DNA of 55,246 bases from a virus (IMGVR_UViG_3300032074_000004:1-55246), one strand, 5' to 3'. Shown: positions 17,757 to 27,302, counted from the first letter of the stretch. Translations and numbers: made by a program. The notes: generated by a model not told the origin, from the letters alone.

Positions 17757-18206
17757 ATGACTGACACGGCGAACGTGGATGACTTCCTCGCTCACCATGG
17801 CGTCCTCGGCATGAAGTGGGGGCACCACAAGGCGCAGACGTCCGGTGGCAGTGGCGGCTCTTCCGCTCCGGCCAAGAAGTCTCGGGCCGAGCTTCGCGCC
17901 CTGGACAAGGCCAGCGTGAAGAACGACAAGGCAGCTCGCAACGCTGAGATCGACGCTGCTCGTCAGCGCTACGACACCAGCGCTCGTTCGAACTACCTCA
18001 AGGCCAAGGCCCAGTACAAGGTCGACCGCCACCAGATCGGCAAGCGTGAGGCGCTGAAGGCCTTCAACAAGGTCAAGGACCAGAATATGGCCGACTACGA
18101 GAAGGCTAGCGAGCTCAAGAGCGGTAAGGAGACGGTCGTGGCGGTTCTCGCTACCATCGGCGTTACCGCGGCTTCCGTCGCCCTTCAGGCTGCGATCAAG
18201 CGCTAG
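17757..18206 (+). CDS. FLAHHG-tagged basic head-module protein
   Basis: FLAHHGVLGMKWG at 17784; lies between terL and portal. Confidence 0.8.
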   Translation: MTDTANVDDFLAHHGVLGMKWGHHKAQTSGGSGGSSAPAKKSRAELRALDKASVKNDKAARNAEIDAARQRYDTSARSNYLKAKAQYKVDRHQIGKREALKAFNKVKDQNMADYEKASELKSGKETVVAVLATIGVTAASVALQAAIKR

Positions 18207-18240
18207 GCTCATCCCCCGTAGAATAGAAAGGAGGTGAGAA

Positions 18241-19512
18241 ATGGGCTTTAGAGATCGTCTATCACACGCATGGGATGCCTTCACCAGCAGCGGTCAGCAG
18301 GATGGACTCCAGACAACTTCGAGTTTCGGAGTGAGTTACGGAAGTCGTCCTGATAGGATTCGTTTCCGAGGCGCCGACCGATCGATCATCACCTCCATCT
18401 ACAACCGCATCGGTATCGATGTCGCGGCTATCGATATTCAGCATGTTCGTTTGAATGAGGATGGGCAGTTCCTTGCCTCTATCAAGTCGGGTCTGAACAC
18501 CTGCCTTACTCAGGAAGCGAACATCGACCAGGCAGCTCGAGCATTCCGACAGGACATCGCCATGACGCTCTTTGAAAAGGGTGTCGCGGCGGTAGTTCCA
18601 GTGGAAACCACGCTTGATCCGTCACAGTCAACGGCCTATGACATCCGCTCGATGCGGGTCGGTGAGATCATGGCGTGGTTCCCCGGACACGTTCGGGTAA
18701 ATCTCTACAACGAGCGGACCGGCAAGAAGCAGGAAATTACCCTGCCGAAGGATCAGGTCGGCATCATCGAGAATCCTCTGTTCTCGGTAATGAACGAGCC
18801 GAACAGCACCCTCCAGCGACTTATTCGTAAGCTGAGTCTTCTCGACTCGGTCGACGAGCAAGCTAGCTCGGGGAAGCTCGACCTGATCATCCAGCTCCCT
18901 TACGTCATTAAGTCTGATGCTCGTAGAGATCAGGCCGAACAGCGACGCAAGGATGTCGAGATGCAGCTGAAGGGATCGCAGTACGGTATCGCCTATACTG
19001 ATGGTACCGAGAAGATCACTCAGCTGAATCGACCAATCGAGAACAACATGCTGAGCCAGGTCGAGTACCTGACGAAGATGCTGTATGGACAGCTCGGACT
19101 TACCGAGGAAGTCTTCAATGGAACGGCTAGCGAGGCAGTAATGCTGAACTACTACAACCGGACCATTGAGCCCATTCTCTCCGCCATTACGGAGGAGATG
19201 CGTAGGAAGTTCCTGACCAAGACGGCCAGGAGCCAGCTTCAGTCCATCGAGTTCTATCGCGACCCGTTCCGACTGGTCCCGATGGCGACTATCGCCGACA
19301 TCGCTGACAAGTTCACCCGTAACGAGATCATGAGCTCTAACGAGATCAGGTCCAAGATCGGTATGAAGCCGTCAAGCGACCCGAAGGCGAACCAGCTCGT
19401 CAACAGCAACATGCCACAGCCTAATGGCGGTCCGCCAGCAGCTGCACCCGCACCCGACCCCTCGTCTCCAGGCCAAGTTGGCCCGGCTGTCGATCCCGGG
19501 CCGGTGAACTAA
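18241..19512 (+). CDS. Portal protein
   Basis: Position, 423 aa, IYNRIGIDVA, NYYNRTIEP, IMSSNEIR. Confidence 0.88.
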   Translation: MGFRDRLSHAWDAFTSSGQQDGLQTTSSFGVSYGSRPDRIRFRGADRSIITSIYNRIGIDVAAIDIQHVRLNEDGQFLASIKSGLNTCLTQEANIDQAARAFRQDIAMTLFEKGVAAVVPVETTLDPSQSTAYDIRSMRVGEIMAWFPGHVRVNLYNERTGKKQEITLPKDQVGIIENPLFSVMNEPNSTLQRLIRKLSLLDSVDEQASSGKLDLIIQLPYVIKSDARRDQAEQRRKDVEMQLKGSQYGIAYTDGTEKITQLNRPIENNMLSQVEYLTKMLYGQLGLTEEVFNGTASEAVMLNYYNRTIEPILSAITEEMRRKFLTKTARSQLQSIEFYRDPFRLVPMATIADIADKFTRNEIMSSNEIRSKIGMKPSSDPKANQLVNSNMPQPNGGPPAAAPAPDPSSPGQVGPAVDPGPVN

Positions 19513-19538
19513 GAATCTAAGGAAGGAGGATCTTCAAA

Positions 19539-21584
19539 ATGGAACCTGATTTCAGCGGCTGGGCCACGAAGAACAACCTTCGTTGCTCGGATGGTCGGAC
19601 GATTATGCCCGACGCGTTCGCTCACCAGAACCAGATGAAGGTCCCGCTCGTCTGGCAGCATCAGCATAACCAGCCGGTCAACGTTCTCGGTCACGCCGTG
19701 CTCGAGAACCGCAAGGAGGGCGTGTACGCCTACGCGTACTTCAACGACTCTCCGGCCGCGGACAACGCCAAGACCCTCGTCAAGCACGGGGACATCACGT
19801 CGCTGTCCATTTATGCCAACAACCTCTCCCAGCAGGGCAAGAATGTCATGCACGGAGACATCAAGGAGGTCAGTCTCGTCCTCTCTGGTGCAAATCCTGG
19901 CGCGTTCATCGACAATGTCAACATTGCTCACGCAAGTGGCATGGAGACCCTGGTGGACGAGGCCATTATCTACACCGGGCTCGAACTCGAGCACGCTAAC
20001 ACTCAAGGAGATAACGTGGCTACCCCCACTCAGAGCGACAAGACCGTGCAGGATGTCTTTGACACCCTGTCGGAGGAGCAGAAGAACGTCGTCTACTACC
20101 TTATCGGCGAGGCCATGAAGGGCAACGGCGGTAACGGCGGTTCGGCGTCTCACAGCGACCTCGGCGAGGACGCGACGATCGAGGAGGTGTTCGACACCCT
20201 CTCTCACCAGCAGAAGGATGCCGTCTACATCATCCTCGGCGAGGCCCTCGACGGTCAGGAGTCCGGTGGCTCCATCAACCACAGCGACATCGACACGGAG
20301 TCGATCGCGAACGACATCATCCAGCACTTCAAGGAGGACGGCATGAGCCGCAACGTTTTCGACCAGAGCACCGGCGGCGGTTCCAGCGCCCGTCCGACGC
20401 TCACCCACTCGCAGCTCAAGGAGATCGTTGAGGACGCCCAGAAGATGGGTTCCTTCAAGGAGTCCTTCCTGGCGCACGCGGGCACCTACGGCATCGACGA
20501 CATCGACATCCTGTTCCCGGACGCCAAGGCGCTCTCGAACAGCCCGGAGATCATCGGTCGCCGCACCGAGTGGGTCGCCGCTGTCATCAACGGCACGAAG
20601 CACTCCCCGTTCTCGCGCATCAAGTCGACCGCTGCGGACCTGACCGCGGACGAGGCTCGTGCGAAGGGCTACGTCAAGGGCAACCTGAAGAAGGACGAGG
20701 TCATCAAGCTCCTGAAGCGAGTGACCACGCCGACCACGATCTACAAGAAGCAGAAGCTGGACCGCGATGACATCATCGACATCACGGACCTCGACGTCGT
20801 CGCCTGGCTGAAGGCGGAGATGCGGCTCATGCTGGACGAGGAGCTCGCTCGCGCGGTGCTCATCGGTGACGGTCGTGCTGCCGACGACGAGGACCACATC
20901 GACAGCGACCACATCCGCCCCATCGCGGACGACGACTCGATGTACGCCCACCAGGTCACGATCGGCAACGACCTCGACCCGGGCGCCACGGTGGAGGCCA
21001 TCCTCCGCAGCCGCACCTTCTACAAGGGCACGGGCACCCCGACCCTCTTCACCACGGACGGCGTCCTCACGGACCTCATCCTGCAGAAGGACAAGGTCGG
21101 CCGTCGTCTCTACGCGACCGAGGCTGAGCTGGCTGCGGCGCTGCGCGTCGACAAGATCGTGACCGTCGAGGTCATGGAGGACCGTCCGGACATCCTGGCG
21201 ATCCTCGTCAACCTGGCGGACTACACGCTGGGTGCGGACCAGGGCGGCAACGTCTCGATGTTCGACGACTTCGACATCGACTACAACCAGTACAAGTACC
21301 TGATCGAGACCCGCGTGTCTGGCGCGCTCACCAAGCCCAAGTCGGCTCTGGTGCTCAAGCAGACCGTCGGCACCTTCGTGACCCCGGGTACCCCGTCGTA
21401 CAACGGCACGACTCACGTCATCTCGATCCCGGCGACCGCTGGTGTGGTCTACTCGATCGACGGCAACGATGTCTCTGGCGATGTCACCATCTCCGAGACC
21501 ACCGAGGTCGACGCGCGTCCGGCCGCTGGTTACACCTTCCCGGCGAACACGGTCACCAACTGGACCTACGTCTACACGGCGTAG
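19539..21584 (+). CDS. Prohead protease-scaffold-major capsid fusion protein (HK97-like) with C-terminal Ig-like extension
   Basis: DFSGWAT, VPLVWQH, LSIYA, IKEVSLV..GANPGA (HK97-type protease); acidic linker; LDEELARAVLIGDG capsid core. Confidence 0.9.
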   Translation: MEPDFSGWATKNNLRCSDGRTIMPDAFAHQNQMKVPLVWQHQHNQPVNVLGHAVLENRKEGVYAYAYFNDSPAADNAKTLVKHGDITSLSIYANNLSQQGKNVMHGDIKEVSLVLSGANPGAFIDNVNIAHASGMETLVDEAIIYTGLELEHANTQGDNVATPTQSDKTVQDVFDTLSEEQKNVVYYLIGEAMKGNGGNGGSASHSDLGEDATIEEVFDTLSHQQKDAVYIILGEALDGQESGGSINHSDIDTESIANDIIQHFKEDGMSRNVFDQSTGGGSSARPTLTHSQLKEIVEDAQKMGSFKESFLAHAGTYGIDDIDILFPDAKALSNSPEIIGRRTEWVAAVINGTKHSPFSRIKSTAADLTADEARAKGYVKGNLKKDEVIKLLKRVTTPTTIYKKQKLDRDDIIDITDLDVVAWLKAEMRLMLDEELARAVLIGDGRAADDEDHIDSDHIRPIADDDSMYAHQVTIGNDLDPGATVEAILRSRTFYKGTGTPTLFTTDGVLTDLILQKDKVGRRLYATEAELAAALRVDKIVTVEVMEDRPDILAILVNLADYTLGADQGGNVSMFDDFDIDYNQYKYLIETRVSGALTKPKSALVLKQTVGTFVTPGTPSYNGTTHVISIPATAGVVYSIDGNDVSGDVTISETTEVDARPAAGYTFPANTVTNWTYVYTA

Positions 21585-21604
21585 TTCTAGCTGCGTAGTT
21601 CAAA

Positions 21605-21928
21605 ATGGCAAGGTTCTACGGCGAAATCGGTTACGGTCAGTCTGTAGAAAAGAAGCCAGGGGTGTGGGAGGACGTCATCACAGTAAAGAAATACTATGGT
21701 GACGTCCTCCGCAACTCCCGACAGGTGCAAAATGGGGAATCCGTTAATTCGAACATTAACGTGAACAACTCCATCAGCATCCTGGCGGACGCCTATGCCT
21801 ATGAACATTTCTTCGCAATCCGCTACATAAGATGGGCTGGGGCTCTCTGGACGGTTAGTTCCGTCGAAGTGCAGAGACCCCGGCTTATCTTGCAGATCGG
21901 GGGGAAGTACAATGGGCCAGCGACTTGA
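21605..21928 (+). CDS. Head closure/stopper-like protein
   Basis: Position after capsid, beta-rich 107 aa. Confidence 0.6.
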   Translation: MARFYGEIGYGQSVEKKPGVWEDVITVKKYYGDVLRNSRQVQNGESVNSNINVNNSISILADAYAYEHFFAIRYIRWAGALWTVSSVEVQRPRLILQIGGKYNGPAT

Positions 21929-22217
21929 TCTTCATAAGATTCTTACGGAGATCACTGGAGTAGCGAACGCTTATTTCCAGCCCCCTTCGAACCTGCAGAT
22001 GAACTACCCCTGCATCGTGTATTCCCGTGACAATGCGCGTAGTATTTTCGCGGATAACTCGCCTTACCGCTACACCCAGCGGTATCAGGTCACGGTAATC
22101 GATAGGGATCCTGACAGTGAGATCCCTAAGCAGGTCGCCATGCTTCCGCTGTGCTTATTTAATAGGCACTATACGGCAGACGGTCTGCATCACGATGTTT
22201 TTTCACTATACTTCTAA
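21912..22217 (+). CDS. Tail terminator/completion protein
   Basis: YFQPP...YPCIVY...YQVTVI; upstream of major tail. Confidence 0.7.
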   Translation: MGQRLDLHKILTEITGVANAYFQPPSNLQMNYPCIVYSRDNARSIFADNSPYRYTQRYQVTVIDRDPDSEIPKQVAMLPLCLFNRHYTADGLHHDVFSLYF

Positions 22218-22230
22218 GGAGTAACTAACC

Positions 22231-22923
22231 ATGGCAAACGCCCTTCAGTGGGACCAGGTTGGTGACCGGACTTACGAGACCGGTGTCGACCACGGTGTTC
22301 TCTACATCCCGGACGAGACTGGTGCATACGACACCGGCTTCGCCTGGAACGGTCTCGTCACGGTCACCGAGAGCCCCTCGGGTGCCGACGCGAACCCGCT
22401 CTACGCCGACAACATCAAGTACCTCAACCTGATCGCGGCTGAGTCGTTCGGCGGTCACATCGACGCCTACACGTACCCGGACGAGTTCGCTCAGTGCGAC
22501 GGTACCGCTTCGCCCTCGGCGGGTGTCTCGATCGGTCAGCAGTCGCGCAAGTCCTTCGGCCTCTCTTACCGGACCCGTTTCGGTAACGACGTCGCTGGCA
22601 CGGACCACGGCTACAAGCTGCACCTCATCTACGGCGCCCTCGCGGCCCCGTCGGAGCGTGCGTACAACTCGATCAACGACTCGCCCGAGGCCATCACCTT
22701 CGGCTGGGACATCTCGACCACTCCGGTGGACGTGCCCGGCCTGAAGCCGACCGCGCTCGTGACGATCGACTCGACCAAGGTGGCGGCTGACGCCCTCGCC
22801 AACCTCGAGGCCATCCTCTACGGCACGGCTGCGACCACGGGCGGCACGCCGACCCCGGAGGTGGCACCTCGGCTCCCGCTCCCCGCGGAGATCATCACGC
22901 TGTTCGCCCCGGCGGCTCCGTGA
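22231..22923 (+). CDS. Major tail protein
   Basis: YETGVDHGVLY, WNGL, YADNIKY, FGLSYRT; strongly biased codons. Confidence 0.88.
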   Translation: MANALQWDQVGDRTYETGVDHGVLYIPDETGAYDTGFAWNGLVTVTESPSGADANPLYADNIKYLNLIAAESFGGHIDAYTYPDEFAQCDGTASPSAGVSIGQQSRKSFGLSYRTRFGNDVAGTDHGYKLHLIYGALAAPSERAYNSINDSPEAITFGWDISTTPVDVPGLKPTALVTIDSTKVAADALANLEAILYGTAATTGGTPTPEVAPRLPLPAEIITLFAPAAP

Positions 22924-22935
22924 GCTGAGTAACAC

Positions 22936-22982
22936 TCCTGAGAGGGGCTAAGCATTCCTGCTCTGCTTGGCCCCTCTCAGGG
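22936..22982 (+). terminator. Long hairpin after major tail gene
   Basis: CCTGAGAGGGGCTAAGCA / TGCTTGGCCCCTCTCAGG inverted repeat; weak U-tract. Confidence 0.55.
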
Positions 22983-23002
22983 CTCTCTTGAAAGGAGAAC
23001 CC

Positions 23003-23302
23003 TTGCGACTGCCGCTCGACAAGATGCGCTGGACACTGCAGGAGGTAAGCCTCCCCCATATCTGGCCTGCCGAGACGACAGCCTGTGAGGAAGGTCCCGT
23101 TGTAGTGAGTCAGCTCAGCGATGGAAATTGGTTCGTGCACAACGGCCGCCATCGTTGCATTCGCGCCCTACTTCGTGGCGAGAAAGACATCGAGGCTGAA
23201 GGCCTCTACGAGATCGATAAGGAGCGTCTTAAGTGCCTGATGGAAACGGTTCCGGAGTCACCGCATACGACTTCCCGCAGATCTATGAGCGCCTCGGTCT
23301 GA
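23003..23302 (+). CDS. Small ParB/Srx-like domain protein
   Basis: PVVV...WFVHNGRHRCIRA (xGxHR motif); RBS GAAAGGAG before TTG 23003. Confidence 0.5.
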   Translation: MRLPLDKMRWTLQEVSLPHIWPAETTACEEGPVVVSQLSDGNWFVHNGRHRCIRALLRGEKDIEAEGLYEIDKERLKCLMETVPESPHTTSRRSMSASV

Positions 23303-23826
23303 AGCTTGGCAACTTCGGTTGCATCATGCTCGACGTTGAGCCCATCCCGGTTTCGGAGTACCTCGGCGTCAACGACCCCAGCTGGTACTACTACTCCAAG
23401 AACCCCCTGCTTCGCTACGTCAAGGGCCCCGTTGCCGAGACGATCGCGCATGCGACCCTTCTCTACGGGCTTACCCCCGATGACAAGGCTGGCATTCAGC
23501 AGAAGGTGTCAGTCGATGAGCTTCTTAGTGGTCTGGATCTCTCTACGGTCACTGTGGACTATGTCGATGCCTTCCCTGCACAGTTCGGTGAGCCGTATTC
23601 GTGCATCGTGGCGAAGCTGCAGGCCGATGGTAACGACCTCGAAGAGGCCAACCGACGTCTGAGGTTCCTTCCTCACATCGACACATTCGTCAAGTTCAAG
23701 GCGCACGTCACCCTGGCCTACGTCAACGTCCAGGACACCGAAGAGACTATCGGAAGTCTGAACGACGCCCTCTATGGGCAGACCCTCAAGGCGACCGGTA
23801 TCAACTACGGCGGGCCCATCGTCTAG
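23233..23826 (+). CDS. 2H phosphoesterase, Acb1 (T4 gp57B)-like
   Basis: Two HxT motifs AHATLLYG and AHVTLAY about 85 aa apart; RBS AAGGAG. Confidence 0.75.
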   Translation: MPDGNGSGVTAYDFPQIYERLGLKLGNFGCIMLDVEPIPVSEYLGVNDPSWYYYSKNPLLRYVKGPVAETIAHATLLYGLTPDDKAGIQQKVSVDELLSGLDLSTVTVDYVDAFPAQFGEPYSCIVAKLQADGNDLEEANRRLRFLPHIDTFVKFKAHVTLAYVNVQDTEETIGSLNDALYGQTLKATGINYGGPIV

Positions 23827-23839
23827 AAAGGAGGAGAGA

Positions 23840-24382
23840 GTGCTCGTACTTAATGTCGGAGAGGTTGAAGCCCTCAACGAAGAGACGAACGTATTCGTCA
23901 TGATCGGCGGAACGCCAATCGAGCTCGAGCACTCTCTCGTCTCCGTTTCAAAATGGGAGTCACTCTGGGAGAAGCCCTTCCTAACGCAGGGCCAGAAGAC
24001 GACGGAAGAGACCATTGGCTACATCAAGGCCATGGCTATCGACCCCAATCTTCCCCCGGAGCTTTTCGAGAAGTTGACAGAAGAGAACCTTCTCGCGGTT
24101 AACAAGTACATCGAGGCTAAGATGACGGCGACCTGGTTTAGGGAGAATCCGAACCAGCCTCGCTCAACCGAGGTCATCACTTCCGAGCTCATCTACTACT
24201 GGATGATCGCTCTGAATATTCCATTCGAGTGCCAGCATTGGCATCTCAATCGACTGCTGACCCTAATCAAGGTCTGCAACCAGAAGAACCAGCCTGCCAA
24301 GAAGATGAGCAGAGCTGAAGCTGCCGCACAGCAGAGATCGCTTAATGCGCAGCGTAAGGCCCAGCTCGGAACCAGAGGTTAG
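23840..24382 (+). CDS. Tail assembly chaperone-like protein
   Basis: LEHSLVSVSKWES..., WHLNRLLTLI; tail-module position. Confidence 0.6.
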   Translation: MLVLNVGEVEALNEETNVFVMIGGTPIELEHSLVSVSKWESLWEKPFLTQGQKTTEETIGYIKAMAIDPNLPPELFEKLTEENLLAVNKYIEAKMTATWFRENPNQPRSTEVITSELIYYWMIALNIPFECQHWHLNRLLTLIKVCNQKNQPAKKMSRAEAAAQQRSLNAQRKAQLGTRG

Positions 24383-24390
24383 GAGGGATC

Positions 24391-25026
24391 ATGTCGAGGA
24401 TTATTTGGGGGGCCGCTGGAGAGCGAGTCTATGAGGCCGGAGTAGACCGCGGCGTGCTCTACGTCGGCGGCATCGGGGTTGCCTGGAACGGCCTTACGGC
24501 TGTTAAGCAGTCTTCATCCGGTGGCGATCCGTCACCCTACTACTTGGATGGCGTGAAGTACGCAAACGTCGCAGGCTCTGAAGAGTTCGAAGCCACGATC
24601 GAGGCATATTCCAGCCCTCAAGAGTTCGGGCAGTGCGATGGTACGGTGGGGATCCAGAACGGCCTCTTCATCACCCAGCAGAAGCGCAAGTCCTTCGGTC
24701 TTTGCTATCGCGTAAAGCTAGGAAATGACGTGAAGGGTCTCGAGTACGGCTATGCGCTGCATCTCGTGTACAACGCTCTGTCTGCGCCTACCGATCGCGA
24801 CAACTCGACCATCTCTGATTCGGTGGACGTGAACAAGCTCAGCTGGGCTCTCACGACCACGCCGCCCGTAGTTGCTGGCTATCGGCCTAGTGCCCACATG
24901 GTCATCGACTCGACTAAAACCCCGGCTGCGAAACTTAGCGCAGTCGAGGATATCCTGTACGGCACGGACTCAGCTGCTCCGCGCCTTCCCTCACAAGAGG
25001 AGTTAATCGCCCTGTTCAGCGCTTGA
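24391..25026 (+). CDS. Major tail protein paralogue 2
   Basis: YEAGVDRGVLY, WNGL, FGLCYR, APRLP; aligns by eye with 22231-22923. Confidence 0.85.
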   Translation: MSRIIWGAAGERVYEAGVDRGVLYVGGIGVAWNGLTAVKQSSSGGDPSPYYLDGVKYANVAGSEEFEATIEAYSSPQEFGQCDGTVGIQNGLFITQQKRKSFGLCYRVKLGNDVKGLEYGYALHLVYNALSAPTDRDNSTISDSVDVNKLSWALTTTPPVVAGYRPSAHMVIDSTKTPAAKLSAVEDILYGTDSAAPRLPSQEELIALFSA

Positions 25027-25042
25027 GAATGAAGAAGGAGCC

Positions 25043-25762
25043 ATGACCAGATTAAGCTGGGGAAGCTCGGGGGAGCGAATCTACGAGACCGGAGTCGACC
25101 GGGGAGTTCTATATCCCTACGGCAAAGGCGGAGTCCCGTGGAACGGCTTGATCTCTGTCAAGGAGTCTTCTTCTGATTTCAACGTGAGCGCGAACTATGT
25201 GGATGGTCGCAAATTCAATCAGCAGCACGTTCCCGGGAGCTTCGCTGCGACGATTGAGGCCGTCACATATCCGGACGAGTTTGAGGAGCAGAAACCATTT
25301 GGCCTCTGTTACCGTACGTCTTACGGCGCCGGTTACAGACTGCACCTCGTTTATAATGCACTGGCAACCCCAGCGGACAAGGATTACTCTTCACTCGATG
25401 GGGATCCCAACGTTACGACGTTCTCGTGGGATATTTCCACTCGTCCTGCTCGGCTAGAGGGTTCGATGCCCAGTGCGCACCTAATCATCGACACAAACCT
25501 GGCATATTCTTGGACTGTCAAGGCCTTTGAAGACCTTGTTTACGGTACTGAGGAAAACCAGGCACGGTTGCCTAGCCCACAAGAGGTGCTGGGTTTGTTC
25601 GATGATAATTCCATCCTCAAGATCACGGATCATGGGGACGGGACTTGGACGGCCGAGGGTCCGGATAACGTTGTGCAGATGATTTCTGACACCGAATTCC
25701 AGATCAACTGGCCCTCGGCCGTCTACATAGACACAGTCACCTATAAAGTCAGTTCGCTTTAG
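25043..25762 (+). CDS. Major tail protein paralogue 3 with C-terminal extension
   Basis: YETGVDRGVLY, WNGL, FGLCYRT, ARLPSP. Confidence 0.85.
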   Translation: MTRLSWGSSGERIYETGVDRGVLYPYGKGGVPWNGLISVKESSSDFNVSANYVDGRKFNQQHVPGSFAATIEAVTYPDEFEEQKPFGLCYRTSYGAGYRLHLVYNALATPADKDYSSLDGDPNVTTFSWDISTRPARLEGSMPSAHLIIDTNLAYSWTVKAFEDLVYGTEENQARLPSPQEVLGLFDDNSILKITDHGDGTWTAEGPDNVVQMISDTEFQINWPSAVYIDTVTYKVSSL

Positions 25763-25776
25763 GAAGGGGGAACCCG

Positions 25777-26895
25777 TTGGGCGTTGTTACCGGCATTACT
25801 GCCGAAGAAATGACCAGGATCAAGAATCTTTCGATCTACCATGGCTTGGTAGACGTCAACGGGCACCTCATCCTGAAGAACGTCGCCGAGCAAGACATCG
25901 ACGCGGGTCTCGTCAAGGGGCCTAAGGGCGACCAGGGCATCCAAGGCATTCAGGGCCTCAAAGGCGATAAGGGAGACCAGGGCCTTCAGGGCATCCAGGG
26001 CATTAAGGGCGATAAGGGAGACCAGGGCCTTCAGGGCATCCAAGGTATCCAGGGTGTTAAGGGTGACAATGGCTACTACAGCATTAGCGGTAGCGGTGGA
26101 ACCCGGACCTATGTTCGCCTAGCGAGCATTAACGGTAACGGTACCAACGGTGGCGCGTATATCACCATGCTCCTTAGCGGACTTGGTGACTATGGCGACT
26201 CCGACAAGGCGACCGTGCTCATCCATTTCGCCCAGCGAGGCGATAACTCAGTCAACGTTCGAGCCTGGGGCTGGGGAATCGAGGCGCTTAGCTCTAACTA
26301 CCTGACTCTGTACACCAAGCAGATCAGCACGTGGACCTTTGAGCTTTGGGGTTTGTTCGCGAACTACACGTTCAACGAGGGCATGACCGTTCTCTCGCAG
26401 TCTGCGGGTCAGAGCGGCCAGTCGATGATCTACAACGACAGCCGCACGACTACCGCCCCGACAGGCCTTAGCTCCGCGTACACTATCGACCCGGCAGTTC
26501 CGGACGATAATGACACGGGATGGACCGACATAACGTCGAGCATCACCTGGCAGAGCGGTTGTTCATACATCGCCGACTCTGGTAACTGGGCAGGGCTTAG
26601 AGCTCGTAGAATCGGAAGCACAACGCAGCTGATTCTGGCGAATGTGCGAATCCCTTCCGGAGCATTCACGGTAGGAACTAACGGTAACATTGCGAACACT
26701 AAGCTGCTATCAGGTGTTCCCTCACAGTTCCGTCCAACACCAGGCACTCTGGGGTCCTTGTCGATTACTGCGGCGGGCCCGCTAGGTACTGCGTACATCG
26801 ACGACACCGGAATGGTCACCCTTGGCGCCATCGCCCCGGGCACTAGCACGTCTGGTGTCAACGATGTTGGTATCGTTGGTAACTACTTCAACTAA
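25777..26895 (+). CDS. Collagen-repeat tail fibre / minor tail protein
   Basis: About 17 G-X-Y triplets (GPKGDQGIQG...), including a 45-bp direct repeat. Confidence 0.8.
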   Translation: MGVVTGITAEEMTRIKNLSIYHGLVDVNGHLILKNVAEQDIDAGLVKGPKGDQGIQGIQGLKGDKGDQGLQGIQGIKGDKGDQGLQGIQGIQGVKGDNGYYSISGSGGTRTYVRLASINGNGTNGGAYITMLLSGLGDYGDSDKATVLIHFAQRGDNSVNVRAWGWGIEALSSNYLTLYTKQISTWTFELWGLFANYTFNEGMTVLSQSAGQSGQSMIYNDSRTTTAPTGLSSAYTIDPAVPDDNDTGWTDITSSITWQSGCSYIADSGNWAGLRARRIGSTTQLILANVRIPSGAFTVGTNGNIANTKLLSGVPSQFRPTPGTLGSLSITAAGPLGTAYIDDTGMVTLGAIAPGTSTSGVNDVGIVGNYFN

Positions 26896-26924
26896 TTCAA
26901 AATGGTAGTAATCCCGGAGTCAAC

Positions 26925-27302
26925 ATGATCTCGTTTACATCAAGCGGCTCCTTCGCAAAGACGGAAGCCTTCCTTAGACAAATGTCCAAAGGAGATATTC
27001 TCAGGACACTGGAAAGCTTCGGCCAACAGGGAGTATCTGCGCTTGCCGCCGCGACTCCTGTTGACTCCGGGGTTACTGCTCAGAGTTGGGGCTACGAGGT
27101 CAGAAGATCTGGTAGCTCTTATTCTATCGAGTGGACGAATAGTCACATCGAGGATGGTGCGCCGATCGCCATTCTCTTGCAATATGGCCACGGCACGGGC
27201 ACGGGCGGTTACGTCCAAGGCCGGGATTACATCAATCCTGCCATCAAGCCCATTTTTGACCAAATCGCAGAGAGTGTATGGAAGGCGGTGACATCTGCAT
27301 GA
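26925..27302 (+). CDS. HK97 gp10-like neck/tail completion protein
   Basis: TPVDSG, LQYGHGT, DYINPA. Confidence 0.75.
   Translation: MISFTSSGSFAKTEAFLRQMSKGDILRTLESFGQQGVSALAAATPVDSGVTAQSWGYEVRRSGSSYSIEWTNSHIEDGAPIAILLQYGHGTGTGGYVQGRDYINPAIKPIFDQIAESVWKAVTSA

Noticed and set aside
23003-23302. ParB-like gene as a sign of a plasmid prophage
   Set aside because: Tiny, no HTH, no ParA or repressor nearby
23840-24382. Programmed frameshift in tail assembly chaperone
   Set aside because: No convincing slippery site or overlapping downstream frame identified
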